A DNA stretch of 62,195 nt, filler included, from 8 parts of 8 records of this genome joined end to end with filler, not necessarily neighbours in it; one strand, 5' to 3'. Shown: positions 32,543 to 43,014, counted from the first letter of the whole stretch. Translations and numbers: made by a program. Notes: generated by a model from the letters alone, not told the origin.

Positions 32543-32917
32543 ATGTTAAGAAAAACGAGTCATATTATTCTATCTACATTGTTACTTTTTGCAACAGTGG
32601 GCATAGCTATTTCTAAACATTATTGTTGTGGAAACTTGATTTCTACTTCAATTTTTGGTGAAGCAGAATCATGCTGCGATGACAGTGATTGCTGTAAAAA
32701 TGAATCGGATTTTTTTCAATTGGATGAAGACTATTCATTAGTTTCTGTTTCCGATGTGCCGCAAAATAGTGAATGTGAGTTGTTGGATTTAACAATTTTG
32801 GTTTTTAATCATACCAAATTCAATTTAGAAGGAACAGTTGACTTTTTTGTTGCAAACTCACCGCCGCCCCTCAAAATTCAAACGATTCTATCTCAGAATC
32901 AGACATATCTTTTATAA
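32543..32917 (+). CDS. HYC_CC_PP-family Cys-rich protein
   Basis: HYCCG, SCC..CC, SPPP; this family is usually next to heavy-metal genes in Bacteroidota. Confidence 0.75.
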   Translation: MLRKTSHIILSTLLLFATVGIAISKHYCCGNLISTSIFGEAESCCDDSDCCKNESDFFQLDEDYSLVSVSDVPQNSECELLDLTILVFNHTKFNLEGTVDFFVANSPPPLKIQTILSQNQTYLL

Positions 32918-33073
32918 ATTAGTGCGTTTAAAGTTATTTAATGTAGAGGATTAAATTTTCCTCTATCTATTGATTTTGTTTAATATTAAACCACTTTCGA
33001 ACTTTACTAATTAAATGATTGTATATTCTCTAATACGGTATTTAAAAGTTTGAATGTTACTTGAAAAAATGCA

Positions 33074-33647
33074 ATGAAAAGTAATATTATTAATATAAAA
33101 AATATGGTTTGCCCCAGGTGCATTAAAGCTGTTGAAACAACTTTATCAGGAATGAATATTTCATATTCTGATATTAAACTGGGAGAGGTTAATCTGAATA
33201 AGCCACTAAGTCCAATTGAAAAAGATATTCTTTCGGAAAATTTGGAAACGCAAGGATTTGAATTATTAGATGACAAAAAAAGTCAGCTTATCGAAAAAAT
33301 AAAAATACCATTATTCAAATCGTTCATCATCAGGAAGACCCGCATAAAATTGGACATTTAAGTGAACAACTGCCACGCTTATTAGGTCATTCCTATTCCT
33401 ATTTAAGTAGTTTCTTCTCAGAGATAGAAGGTATTACCATTGAGAAATATCTCATTCTACAAAAAATAGAAAAGGCAAAAGAGTTATTGTCTTATAGTGA
33501 ACTTAACGTGAGCGAAATTTCTTATCAGTTGAATTATAGCTCCAGTCAGCACTTATCAAGGCAGTTTAAGTCAATTACCGGAATGTCTCCTTCTGAATTT
33601 TCGAAGGAAAATCAACTGAACGGAAGCCATTAAATGATATTAAATGA
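33074..33647 (+). CDS. HMA-domain AraC regulator (frameshifted near 33300)
   Basis: IKNMVCPRCI; shifted frame YSYLSSFFSEIEGITIEKY...LNYSSSQHLSRQFKSITGMSPS. Confidence 0.8.
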
Positions 33648-33838
33648 AAAAATGCACATCATTCTTTAAATTATGCACAATCGTTGTTTAGATTAATTCT
33701 ATGTTTGCATAATAGACAATTAAAATAATGCTTAAAAANNNNNNNNNNNNNNNNNNNNNNNNNNNNNNNNNNNNNNNNNNNNTTAATTAATTAANNNNNN
33801 NNNNNNNNNNNNNNNNNNNNNNNNNNNNNNNNNNNNNN

Positions 33839-34126
33839 TTTTTCAACACCATCAATAAATGTTCTTTTACCAGTTTTTGAAACTGTAATTTCATATTGAT
33901 GATCAGTTGTTTTTATTTTCACTTGAGCAAATGGCTTATCCTTTTGAATCAATTGTTTCTCATCAGAAGTTCTATGAGATTTTGTTGTTGCACAAAAATA
34001 AATGCTCTCAAGTATACTCGTTTTTCCACTACCATTTTCACCATACATGTAAACAAACGGTTCATTGATATTCAATGTATACTGCTCATGATTACGAAAA
34101 TGAATGAGTCTAATACTTTTGATCAT
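33839..34126 (-). CDS. recF: DNA replication/repair protein RecF (3' partial)
   Basis: FRN, GENGSGKTSILESI, SHRT; position after dnaN-yaaA. Confidence 0.88.
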
Positions 34127-34331
34127 TTATAATTTGATAAAGATTTGATTTAATTTTCACAACATCTTGATCTCTTAATTTTTTTCCGCGTTCAGTTCTT
34201 TTTTCGTCATTGACAAAAACATCATTGTCCCATAAAAAAAACTTTGCTTCTCCGCCAGATCCAATGAACCCTTCAGCTTTTAAAAATTGACCTAATGTTA
34301 TGTATTCTGTCTTGATTTTAAATGTTTTCAT
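34110..34331 (-). CDS. yaaA: S4-domain RNA-binding protein YaaA
   Basis: EYITLGQFLK...SGGEAK...RGKKLR. Confidence 0.9.
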   Translation of the reverse strand: MKTFKIKTEYITLGQFLKAEGFIGSGGEAKFFLWDNDVFVNDEKRTERGKKLRDQDVVKIKSNLYQIINDQKY

Positions 34332-34489
34332 GAGCTTAATCCCTCTATTCTACTTTTATATTATAACATAATATAAGGCAAAAATGTAGCGATTTAGGCC
34401 ATTTTAGCGGCTTATAAGTACCATTTGGTCTATGAGATATAAAAAAAGCCAAAATAATCAAATTTCGGCTTTTAGATTACGGTATTTAT

Positions 34490-35620
34490 TTAGTCAATAC
34501 GTACAGGTAAAATCAAATGAAGTAAGTCTGCATCAAGATTTCCTTTGATCACAAATGGTTTAACTTCTCCTGCAAAAGAGATTGTTACTTCATTAGAACT
34601 AAATGATTTTAATGCTTCAACGAGATACTTCGAACTAAAAGCAATTTTAATCACAGGTCCCACTGCATCTCCTGATGGAATAACTTCTTCTAACGCATCA
34701 CCAATTTCATGATTCGTTGAAGTGATTTCAACAACATGATCAGCTCTAAGTGTTAATTTAATAATATTATAATTTGTTTCTCTATCTTTTGGAGATAAGA
34801 GTGAAACACGCTCAACAGCTTTTAATAGTTCTTCTTTGTTAAATGGAATTTCTACAGGAAACTCTTTAGGAATAATTCTCAGTGTATCTGGATAATTCCC
34901 TTCTAACAATCTTGTTTGAAATAAAATATTATCTAATTTAAATAACACTTTATTTGGATTGATGTACAATTGTATATCGTCATTATGGCTATCTAAGATT
35001 TTACTTAATTCATCAAGACTTTTATTTGGCAATACGATATCAAAGTTTTTACTTTGACGACGTAATTTAAGATTTTTTTGACTTAAACGATAACTATCTG
35101 TTGCCACACAATACAATTGGTCATCTTGGTATTTAAAGTTTACACCTGTCAAGATAGGTCTTTTCTCACTTGTTGCAGTTGCAAAATTAGTTTCTCTAAT
35201 TACATTTTTTAATAATTGACTATCTAATACAACAGGATCATCTAAATCTAGGAAATCAACTTCAGGATAATCTTCAACATCCATTAATCTTAATTTAAAT
35301 TCTGAACGATCTGCCTTGATCACTATTATTTTTTCTTCAATCAATGCAAATTCTACAATGCTTGAAGTAATCTTACGCATAATATCAATGAGATATCGAC
35401 CAGGAATAGCAACTTTACCCGTTTGTTTAATCGTTAAGTCTTTTTGGTCAACAAATACTTGAATCGCTACATCTGTATTACTAGAAGTTAAAATCATATG
35501 ATCTTCGTGAACTTCAAATTTAATCGCATACAAGATAGGTAGCGGTGTTTTATGAGGTAATCCTTTTTGTACGTTTAATAAGTGGTTTAGCAATGTGTCT
35601 CTTTCAATACTGAAAATCAT
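34490..35620 (-). CDS. dnaN: DNA polymerase III beta clamp
   Basis: RPILTGV, VATDSYRLS, RLLEGNYPD, LILPVR; follows dnaA. Confidence 0.96.
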   Translation of the reverse strand: MIFSIERDTLLNHLLNVQKGLPHKTPLPILYAIKFEVHEDHMILTSSNTDVAIQVFVDQKDLTIKQTGKVAIPGRYLIDIMRKITSSIVEFALIEEKIIVIKADRSEFKLRLMDVEDYPEVDFLDLDDPVVLDSQLLKNVIRETNFATATSEKRPILTGVNFKYQDDQLYCVATDSYRLSQKNLKLRRQSKNFDIVLPNKSLDELSKILDSHNDDIQLYINPNKVLFKLDNILFQTRLLEGNYPDTLRIIPKEFPVEIPFNKEELLKAVERVSLLSPKDRETNYNIIKLTLRADHVVEITSTNHEIGDALEEVIPSGDAVGPVIKIAFSSKYLVEALKSFSSNEVTISFAGEVKPFVIKGNLDADLLHLILPVRID

Positions 35621-35749
35621 AGCATGCTCCTTTTATTTTTTTATTTTAATCTTTAATTATTGTTGTTAGTCAATGTGGGTATGTGGAAAACCGAGAAAGT
35701 GGCTTTGTCTACCTATTTATTATACCATATTTTCCACTTTTTATAAACA
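35621..35749. promoter_or_regulatory. dnaA-dnaN intergenic part of oriC (degenerate DnaA boxes plus AT-rich tract)
   Basis: TGTGGGTAT (35674) and TGTGGAAAA (35682) next to an AT-rich run. Confidence 0.55.
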
Positions 35750-37114
35750 TTATTTTTTGTGGAAATTATCTATTTTTTTATTGATTGTATCAACCGCTAA
35801 ACGTAGAGAAGCGTCTTGTTTTAGCTCATTTTCGATTTTTTCACAAGCAGCTAAAACAGTTGAATGATCACGGTTACCAAATAGTTTACCAATCGTCTTG
35901 TAAGGTATATTATATTTATCTTTAATGATATACATTGAAATATGTCTTGGTAATATATATTTCGAATGTCGCTTTTTACCAATTAAATCATCAAGTGTAA
36001 TATTATAGAAATCGCTAACGATAGATTGAATGCGATCATAGTTATTTTCATTTAAAATATCACTACGTCTTTTCGTCTTAAGTAAGGGCTCAAGTGCCTC
36101 ATTTACAGTATCTAGTGTTAACTCTAAGTTGTTTGCTAAACAGTAGAATAATACACGTTTTAAAGCACCTTCTAATTCTCTAATATTTGTGACAAATGAT
36201 GATGCGATAAACTCTAGTACATCTGATGGAATATCATGTATATCTGATGTTTCAGTCGCAAGTTTTCTTTTTAAGATTTCAATACGATGTGATAAATCAG
36301 GTACTTGAATATCTACAGTTAAACCAACTTCGAATCTTGATGTTAGACGTGACATGATATTTCTTAGTTCTGATGCTGGTTTATCACTTGTAATAATAAT
36401 TTGTTTATTGTGATGATATAAATAATCAAAGAGTTTAAAGAACTCCATTTGTGTTTTAGTTGCTCCACCTAATATTTGAATATCATCAACTAATAAAACA
36501 TCTAAATCACGGTATTTATTGTTAAAATCTTCCATTTGTTTACGTTTTAATAAGTTTGCAAAATCTTCAATAAATCCATCAGCTTTAATATATAATACTT
36601 TTTTTGTGATGTCATTATCTAAGATATAATTACCGATAGATTGCATTAAATGCGTCTTACCTAAGCCAACATCTCCAAAGATATATAATGGATTTGCGAC
36701 TGTTCCAGGTTGATCAGCCACTTTCATTGCCATTCTAAAAGCAAAGTTATTACTTTTACCAACAACAAAATTATCAAAGGTATAAGTTGCATTTAAGTTT
36801 CCAGGTCTATATTTGAGATCCAAATTTCTTTCTGGTGAAACTAATGTTTCTTCTTGAATAATTTCTGATTCAATCACAAACTTAAAGCGTATAGGTTTAC
36901 CATGATATTTTGTTGCTAAATCATTGATTTTATTAATGTAAAATCGGTTAATTCTATTTTTAATAAATTCATTAGGCACAACTACATAAATATGATTATT
37001 AGAATACTTCAAAGTATCTTTAAGAGGTTCGAAGACATCGTTAAATGTTTCCTCCGAGAAGATGTGTTCTAAATCGTATCTAATTTTCTGCCATAATTCG
37101 TCATAACTTGTCAT
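35750..37114 (-). CDS. dnaA: Chromosomal replication initiator DnaA
   Basis: YTFDNFVVG, NPLYIFGDVGLGKTHL, LLVDDIQ, RDHSTV. Confidence 0.98.
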   Translation of the reverse strand: MTSYDELWQKIRYDLEHIFSEETFNDVFEPLKDTLKYSNNHIYVVVPNEFIKNRINRFYINKINDLATKYHGKPIRFKFVIESEIIQEETLVSPERNLDLKYRPGNLNATYTFDNFVVGKSNNFAFRMAMKVADQPGTVANPLYIFGDVGLGKTHLMQSIGNYILDNDITKKVLYIKADGFIEDFANLLKRKQMEDFNNKYRDLDVLLVDDIQILGGATKTQMEFFKLFDYLYHHNKQIIITSDKPASELRNIMSRLTSRFEVGLTVDIQVPDLSHRIEILKRKLATETSDIHDIPSDVLEFIASSFVTNIRELEGALKRVLFYCLANNLELTLDTVNEALEPLLKTKRRSDILNENNYDRIQSIVSDFYNITLDDLIGKKRHSKYILPRHISMYIIKDKYNIPYKTIGKLFGNRDHSTVLAACEKIENELKQDASLRLAVDTINKKIDNFHKK

Positions 37115-37179
37115 AAATAACCCCTTCGCGTCTGATGTATTGATAGGATATCATGTATTGTAAAAAATATGAAAATAAG

Positions 37180-37355
37180 TTATCCACACATAATGTGGAA
37201 AACTTTTCATACACATTTTATAATGTGGTCAAAATGTGGATAAATTCATATAAAAAACACTTTTGTTAAGCGCAAATTTAGATTTTTCCATTTATCCACA
37301 CATGTTCCTAAAAAGTGGAAAAGTTATCCACAATCACCACATTTAATTATCCACA
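37180..37355. promoter_or_regulatory. oriC DnaA-box cluster
   Basis: Perfect TTATCCACA at 37180, 37292, 37324, 37347 and reverse TGTGGATAA at 37235, plus near matches. Confidence 0.9.
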
Positions 37356-37410
37356 TTTTTTTATTTTTATAGTGATTTAAATGCTGTAAAAAAAATAAGA
37401 TTAAATATTG

Positions 37411-37439
37411 TTGACAATCTATATATATTTATATATAAT
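37411..37439 (+). promoter_or_regulatory. Consensus sigma-A promoter for rpmH
   Basis: TTGACA (37411) - 17 bp - TATAAT (37434). Confidence 0.85.
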
Positions 37440-37476
37440 AAAAAAGCATGGTTTCGCAAGGAAAGGTGGTTTTATT

Positions 37477-37611
37477 GTGAAAAGAACTTATCAACCAAAT
37501 AAGAGAAAAAGACAAAAGACTCATGGTTTTAGAGCTAGAATGGCTACACCAGCTGGTCGTCGTGTACTTGCACGTCGTAGAGCAAAAGGCCGCGCTGAAT
37601 TAACTGTATAA
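37477..37611 (+). CDS. rpmH: 50S ribosomal protein L34
   Basis: GTG start after [29 protein letters not shown]. Confidence 0.97.
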   Translation: MKRTYQPNKRKRQKTHGFRARMATPAGRRVLARRRAKGRAELTV

Positions 37612-37695
37612 AATTGATTATTTTAAAAAATACTTGGACTACTCGATTAAAATAATAAAAGTTATTTTTGAGTAGTCCTTTTTTTATTAAAAAAA

Positions 37696-38046
37696 ATGAA
37701 AAAAGAATATCGCATAAAGAAAAGTAGCGAAATCGACGCGATTTTTAAAAACAAACATTCGAAAAATAATCAATTTTATGGGATTTATCAAAAATCTAAT
37801 ACAGATCAATCACATTTCAGATTTGCTGTATCTATCGGTAAAAAATATGGAAATGCAGTAGAGAGAAATCTATCAAAAAGACGTATTCGCATGATTGTAT
37901 TAGAATTTAGTAAATCCATGAAGCAACGTATAGATTTTGTCATCGTCATAAGACCGGCATCAAAAGCCTTAAATTATCAACAAATGAGACAAAATTTATT
38001 TGAATTATTCAAAAAATCAAAAATAATGGAGAATGAAGATGCATAA
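37696..38046 (+). CDS. rnpA: RNase P protein component
   Basis: RFAVSIGKKYGNAVERNLSKRR. Confidence 0.95.
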   Translation: MKKEYRIKKSSEIDAIFKNKHSKNNQFYGIYQKSNTDQSHFRFAVSIGKKYGNAVERNLSKRRIRMIVLEFSKSMKQRIDFVIVIRPASKALNYQQMRQNLFELFKKSKIMENEDA

Positions 38047-39493
38047 TTTTAAAAAAGTATTATTTTTAGTTATGACAGTTTTCGCAGTTTTAGCTTTAGC
38101 AAGTTGTGGCACATCAAATGAACTTGATCTTGTTGTAACAAATAATCCTGTTGGAGACAATTATGAAAATTTAGTTTATGATTTTGATGATAGTAGCAAT
38201 GTATCTGTCAGAGGTGAGTATTCATATTGGAGAATATTTGAATCAGGAACTAGTGAATTATATACAACTTCTTCTGATGACACAACTGTTCATGATACGT
38301 TCACTGAAGAAACATTAGCTGATGGTGGTGTAATTAGAACTTATACATATGGTGCGACATCTGATGATCGTGATTATAATCCAAGTTATCAAGTTTATAT
38401 TAAACCAGAAACTGATATTAATAGTGATGAAGTTGTACTTGTAGTTTTCAGATTTAATGATGCAAGCAATATTGTTTACAATATTGGAGCTTCATTTAAC
38501 CCTACAGGGATTGAAGCTTATGCTGTTGAAGCTGATGGCGATGTGGTAGCACTACATGAAACATTAAATGAAACAACATTTGCAAGTTTATTTACAACAG
38601 ATTATGAACCAATCGTCAACGGTGAATTTGTTGAAAATGAAGATTTCACAATTAATTTTAGTTATGAAGGACTAGAAACAACATTTAAAGCATATGTTGC
38701 AACTGGTGAAAAACCAATTACTGCAGAAACTGCAAACTGGTTTGATTATATATTAATTATTCCTGTAGCATTTGTTTTACAATTTTTTGCAGGTATGTTT
38801 GGTAATAGTTTTGCGATTGGTCTTATTTTCACAACAATTATTGTAAGAACTCTTGCATGGCCAATTTATGCGAAAAGTAATGATATGACAATGAGAATGT
38901 CACTTGCACAACCTGATTTAGAACGTATTCAGAAAAAATATGCGACGAAGAAGGATCCACAATCACAACAAATGATGCAAATGGAGACAATGCAAGTATA
39001 CAAAAAACATAAAATCAATGTGTTTGGTTGTTTAATGCCATTCTTACAAATGCCTATATTCATTGCGATGTACCGCGTTGTTAGACGTATTACATTAGAA
39101 GGTGGTATGTATACTGATCAAGTATCAAACACTAAATTCTTAGGTATAGATTTAGCGCTAGGTAGCCAAGGATTATTATCAGTAAGTGCTTTATTAGCGG
39201 TTATTGTTGGTGCAACAATGTTTGGATTACAAAAAATATCTCAAAAGAAACCAAGTTACGCAAAAAACACTGGATCACAAAATAAAAATTCACAACAAGC
39301 ACAAACTCAACAAACAATGAAAATGGTAAGCTACTTCATGGTTATTATGATGGCGTCATTTGCATATAGTAGTAATGCGCTAGCGATTTACTGGACTGTT
39401 GGTAATGCATATTCACTTGGTCAAACTTTAATTAATAGAAAATTAAACGAAAGAAAACATGAGCAATTGAAACAAAAAGAATTATTGGGGTGA
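38033..39493 (+). CDS. yidC: Membrane protein insertase YidC with a lipoprotein-type, extended N-terminal domain
   Basis: LASC lipobox; IVRTLAWP, GCLMPFLQMPIFIAMY, AIYWTVGN. Confidence 0.92.
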   Translation: MKMHNFKKVLFLVMTVFAVLALASCGTSNELDLVVTNNPVGDNYENLVYDFDDSSNVSVRGEYSYWRIFESGTSELYTTSSDDTTVHDTFTEETLADGGVIRTYTYGATSDDRDYNPSYQVYIKPETDINSDEVVLVVFRFNDASNIVYNIGASFNPTGIEAYAVEADGDVVALHETLNETTFASLFTTDYEPIVNGEFVENEDFTINFSYEGLETTFKAYVATGEKPITAETANWFDYILIIPVAFVLQFFAGMFGNSFAIGLIFTTIIVRTLAWPIYAKSNDMTMRMSLAQPDLERIQKKYATKKDPQSQQMMQMETMQVYKKHKINVFGCLMPFLQMPIFIAMYRVVRRITLEGGMYTDQVSNTKFLGIDLALGSQGLLSVSALLAVIVGATMFGLQKISQKKPSYAKNTGSQNKNSQQAQTQQTMKMVSYFMVIMMASFAYSSNALAIYWTVGNAYSLGQTLINRKLNERKHEQLKQKELLG

Positions 39494-39497
39494 TTAG

Positions 39498-40118
39498 ATG
39501 TTAAAGAGAGTAGAATTTGAAGCTAAAACAGAAAATGATGCGTTAAAAACAGCATCAGAGATGTTAAAAATACAAAAAGATAAGATTAAACTTGAAGTTG
39601 TTAAAGAAAGAAAAGGATTGTTAGGTATAGGTGCAACGACATTTTATGCAGCAACACCTAATGTTTCTCTAGTAACTGAAGGTAAAATGTATCTAGAACA
39701 CATATTACAAACACTTGATGTGGATTGTCGTATGGAAGCTAGATCAAGAAACAATGGTACTGAAATTCATTATTTAGTGGAAAGTGATGAAAATGCATTG
39801 TTAATTGGTCGCGAAGGTAGAACTTTAAGATCATTACAATTCTTATTACGTAACTATTTATCAACATTTGTTGATGAAAAACTCGTGATTTCATTAGATA
39901 TTGGAAATTATTTTGAAAATCATAAGCGACAACTTGAAATATTAGCAACTAAAACGGCTAAAGAGGTCGCAAGAACTAAAATTGCTGTAAAACTTGATCA
40001 TATGAATGCATATGATCGTCGTGTTGTTCACACAAAATTAAGCGAATGGCGTGATGTCATCACTGAATCTGAAGGTGAAGGCGAAAATAGAGTCTTAGTC
40101 ATTAAACCTAAAAAGTAG
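39498..40118 (+). CDS. jag: Jag/EloR RNA-binding protein (KH + R3H)
   Basis: LLIGREGRTLRSLQ, MNAYDRRVVH, SEGEGENR. Confidence 0.92.
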   Translation: MLKRVEFEAKTENDALKTASEMLKIQKDKIKLEVVKERKGLLGIGATTFYAATPNVSLVTEGKMYLEHILQTLDVDCRMEARSRNNGTEIHYLVESDENALLIGREGRTLRSLQFLLRNYLSTFVDEKLVISLDIGNYFENHKRQLEILATKTAKEVARTKIAVKLDHMNAYDRRVVHTKLSEWRDVITESEGEGENRVLVIKPKK

Positions 40119-40135
40119 CTTCGGCTACTTTTTTT
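40110..40135 (+). terminator. Intrinsic terminator after jag
   Basis: AAAAAGTAGC-TTCG-GCTACTTTTTTT. Confidence 0.85.
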
Positions 40136-40174
40136 GTGTTATAATTTAGGTATATCATTTAAAGGAATAAGCCT

Positions 40175-41128
40175 ATGATTTTTAATATAAAAACTAAGAA
40201 ACATAAACGAAAAAAACATAAAAAAAGATTAATCATAAGAGTTATAAATTTGATCCTTTTGATTGCTCTTGGTGGTATTGTTTATAGCATGGGTGTTGCC
40301 ACATATGAAAACATCAAAGTGGCTAACGATATCGAAGCGTTTAAAGCAAGAGCAACCGAAGAAATTGAAGTTGATTTTCAATATAATTCAAATACTGTAC
40401 AAAAGAGAGTTTATCACATTGTTCCACGTGAAACATCTTATGAACAAAATGACACACGTAGTGTGTTCTATGATAGTTCAAAGAAATATCTTGGACAATC
40501 AGGAGATATTTTCTTAACACAAGAGTCACCGTTTCCGAATGTTTTTGGTATTCATCAGTTTGTTACATATTATTTTGGAGGTCATGCAACGATTGTATCA
40601 GATTCAAATACACTCTATGAAGCCACAGGACTTGCAGATAGTCTTGAAACTATTGTAGATACGATTAAGCATCCAGGTGATGTACCGCATGATTTTAGTT
40701 TGACAGCACAAGAAAAAAGTTCAAATATGTGGTTGAATCCTCATTATAGAAGTGAATCCGATCCAGACTTTGAAAAGTATGGATCATACTATAGAAATAA
40801 ATTTATTGGTGTTCGTGTAAAAGATATCACAGAAGAACAACTACAAGGTATTAATGATTTTGGTGATATGGTTAAAGGCGAAGCGCTATATAATTACTTA
40901 TTTTTTCTTGATATGAAATATAAATATTATTGTACGGATCTTGTAAGTCGTGCTTACCAATCAGTGATGGTTGAACCAGGAGAACAAAAATCATATGCGA
41001 CAGTACTCAATGATGATGGTTTTATTACATCAGTCAATGATATTATTTTATCAAAGGACACATATATATCAGTTTATGTAGAAATAATTGATGATGTGGT
41101 TCATATTTATCATTTAGAAGATTTATAG
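40175..41128 (+). CDS. Membrane-anchored permuted NlpC/P60 (YiiX/YebB-like) protein
   Basis: N-terminal TM; GDIFLT...GGHATIV...YYCTDLVSRAY (His before Cys). Confidence 0.65.
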   Translation: MIFNIKTKKHKRKKHKKRLIIRVINLILLIALGGIVYSMGVATYENIKVANDIEAFKARATEEIEVDFQYNSNTVQKRVYHIVPRETSYEQNDTRSVFYDSSKKYLGQSGDIFLTQESPFPNVFGIHQFVTYYFGGHATIVSDSNTLYEATGLADSLETIVDTIKHPGDVPHDFSLTAQEKSSNMWLNPHYRSESDPDFEKYGSYYRNKFIGVRVKDITEEQLQGINDFGDMVKGEALYNYLFFLDMKYKYYCTDLVSRAYQSVMVEPGEQKSYATVLNDDGFITSVNDIILSKDTYISVYVEIIDDVVHIYHLEDL

Positions 41129-41139
41129 GAGGTGTTGTT

Positions 41140-42276
41140 ATGATTGAATATATAACTTTAGGTATATCAGTTTTTACATGTTTGGCAGTTATTTATTTAC
41201 TCTTTAGAGTAAATAAAAAAATTAACACACCACCTGAAAATCAAAGTGATTTAAAACTATATCTAAAAGATGAGTATAGTGAATTAAGAGCGCATATGCT
41301 TACGCTATTTCACGAAGCGAATAAAACAAACAATGCTGATCTAAACACATTTAAAACAGAAGTGTTTAAAAACATTGATGAACAAATGAAAAGTATCAAT
41401 ACAAAAGTTGAAGAGCGATTAGGAAAAGGATTTGAAAACACGAACAAAACATTCCAAGATGTGATAGAAAGACTTGCGAAAATTGATGTTGCTCAAAAGA
41501 AAATTGAAACACTATCAACTGAAGTTGTTCAATTAAACAGCATATTGACAGATAAAAAAACTAGAGGTGTTTATGGAGAAGTGCAACTTGCACAAATTCT
41601 ACAAGCTGTCATGGGAGACAACAAACAACTCTATGAGTTACAAAAGAAATTACCAAACAATACAATGGTCGATGCTTTCATACATGCACCCAAACCACTT
41701 GGAGATATTGCAATTGACTCTAAGTTTCCATTAGAAAATTACCAAAAAATGGTCAATAAAGATTTATCAAGTTTAGAAAGAAAAGCTGCAGAAAAAGACT
41801 TTAAAAAAGATCTTAGAAAACATATTGATGATATCGCAAATAAATATATTATTGAAGACGTGACTGCAAAACAAGCGTTTATGTTTATTCCAGCTGAAGC
41901 GATATTTGCAGAAATCACAGCACATCAAGAAGAAATCATCGTGTATTCACAAAAGAAAAATGTGTGGTTGGTTTCACCAACAACACTCATATCAACACTA
42001 ACAACAATATTAACCATTGTCAAAAATATGGAACGTGATAAACAAACATCAGTTATACTAGAGCATCTTAAAAAACTAGGTGTTGAATTTAAGCGTTACA
42101 GTGAGCGTTGGGATGCATTAAATAAATCAATTGAACGTGTATCAAAAGATGCAAGAAATGTCAGTATTTCATCAGGTAAAATCAGCAAGGATTTCAAGTA
42201 TATCGAAGATGCAAAATTCGATGAATTAAAAGTGCGAGAATCAATTGAAGAAGATTCATTGACAAGCAACGATTAA
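41140..42276 (+). CDS. rmuC: DNA recombination protein RmuC
   Basis: KKTRGVYGEVQL, IDSKFP, MFIPAEAIF, VSPTTL. Confidence 0.93.
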   Translation: MIEYITLGISVFTCLAVIYLLFRVNKKINTPPENQSDLKLYLKDEYSELRAHMLTLFHEANKTNNADLNTFKTEVFKNIDEQMKSINTKVEERLGKGFENTNKTFQDVIERLAKIDVAQKKIETLSTEVVQLNSILTDKKTRGVYGEVQLAQILQAVMGDNKQLYELQKKLPNNTMVDAFIHAPKPLGDIAIDSKFPLENYQKMVNKDLSSLERKAAEKDFKKDLRKHIDDIANKYIIEDVTAKQAFMFIPAEAIFAEITAHQEEIIVYSQKKNVWLVSPTTLISTLTTILTIVKNMERDKQTSVILEHLKKLGVEFKRYSERWDALNKSIERVSKDARNVSISSGKISKDFKYIEDAKFDELKVRESIEEDSLTSND

Positions 42277-42287
42277 TCACATATAAT
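42259..42287 (+). promoter_or_regulatory. Consensus sigma-A promoter for the T-box leader
   Basis: TTGACA (42259) - 17 bp - TATAAT (42282). Confidence 0.85.
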
Positions 42288-42297
42288 AAATATAAAT

Positions 42298-42491
42298 CAA
42301 TGAGAAGACAATGCTTTTAAGAAGGTCATGCAAAGCGAGTCAGTGAAGGTGTAAGACTGACCATAGACACTTATAAGATAACACTTCATAGAGATGGAAG
42401 AAATCATTTGAGAGTAGACCCATCCGCACATCTGCGTTATAGATATTGAGGGCTAGTTAAACTAGAACTAAGGTGGTACCGCGAATATATT
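42298..42491 (+). ncRNA. T-box riboswitch leader (3' truncated)
   Basis: AGCGA and GGTG boxes of stem I, AGTA and GCGTTA of stem II/IIA, T-box AAGGTGGTACCGCG at 42470-42483. Confidence 0.88.
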
Positions 42492-42591
42492 NNNNNNNNN
42501 NNNNNNNNNNNNNNNNNNNNNNNNNNNNNNNNNNNTTAATTAATTAANNNNNNNNNNNNNNNNNNNNNNNNNNNNNNNNNNNNNNNNNNNN

Positions 42592-43003
42592 CCTGAATAA
42601 TTCCGCGCTCTTTTACCGGAAACCATTTATAAACGACTTTCGAAAGGGTTGGAAATGCACCTGCCTCGCCGGCACCAAACAAAAATCGGATTATCACCAT
42701 TGAGATAAAATTCCATGCGACACCAGTTAAAGCTGTTAATAGCGACCATAATGTTATTATGCCACTCATTACCAGGCGTGGCCCTTTTTTATCGGCTAAT
42801 TTTCCCGAAGGAGTTTGCATCAAAGCGTACCCTAAAGTAAAGGTTGCCATTACCCATGCCCACTGAATATTGCTAAGGCCAAATTCGTCGCTAACGCTTC
42901 CTTTGGCAGCACCAATACAGGCACGGTCGACATACATTAATACTGAAATTAAAAACGTAAAAGTTACAAGTATAAAACGTTGAGGAATGATTGATTTCTT
43001 CAT
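42592..43003 (-). CDS. MFS transporter (ACS/sugar-acid type), 3' partial
   Basis: YVDRACIG, QTPSGKLADKKGPR, RFLFGAGEAG, WFPVKERG. Confidence 0.88.
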
Positions 43004-43014
43004 TAAAATTCGGT

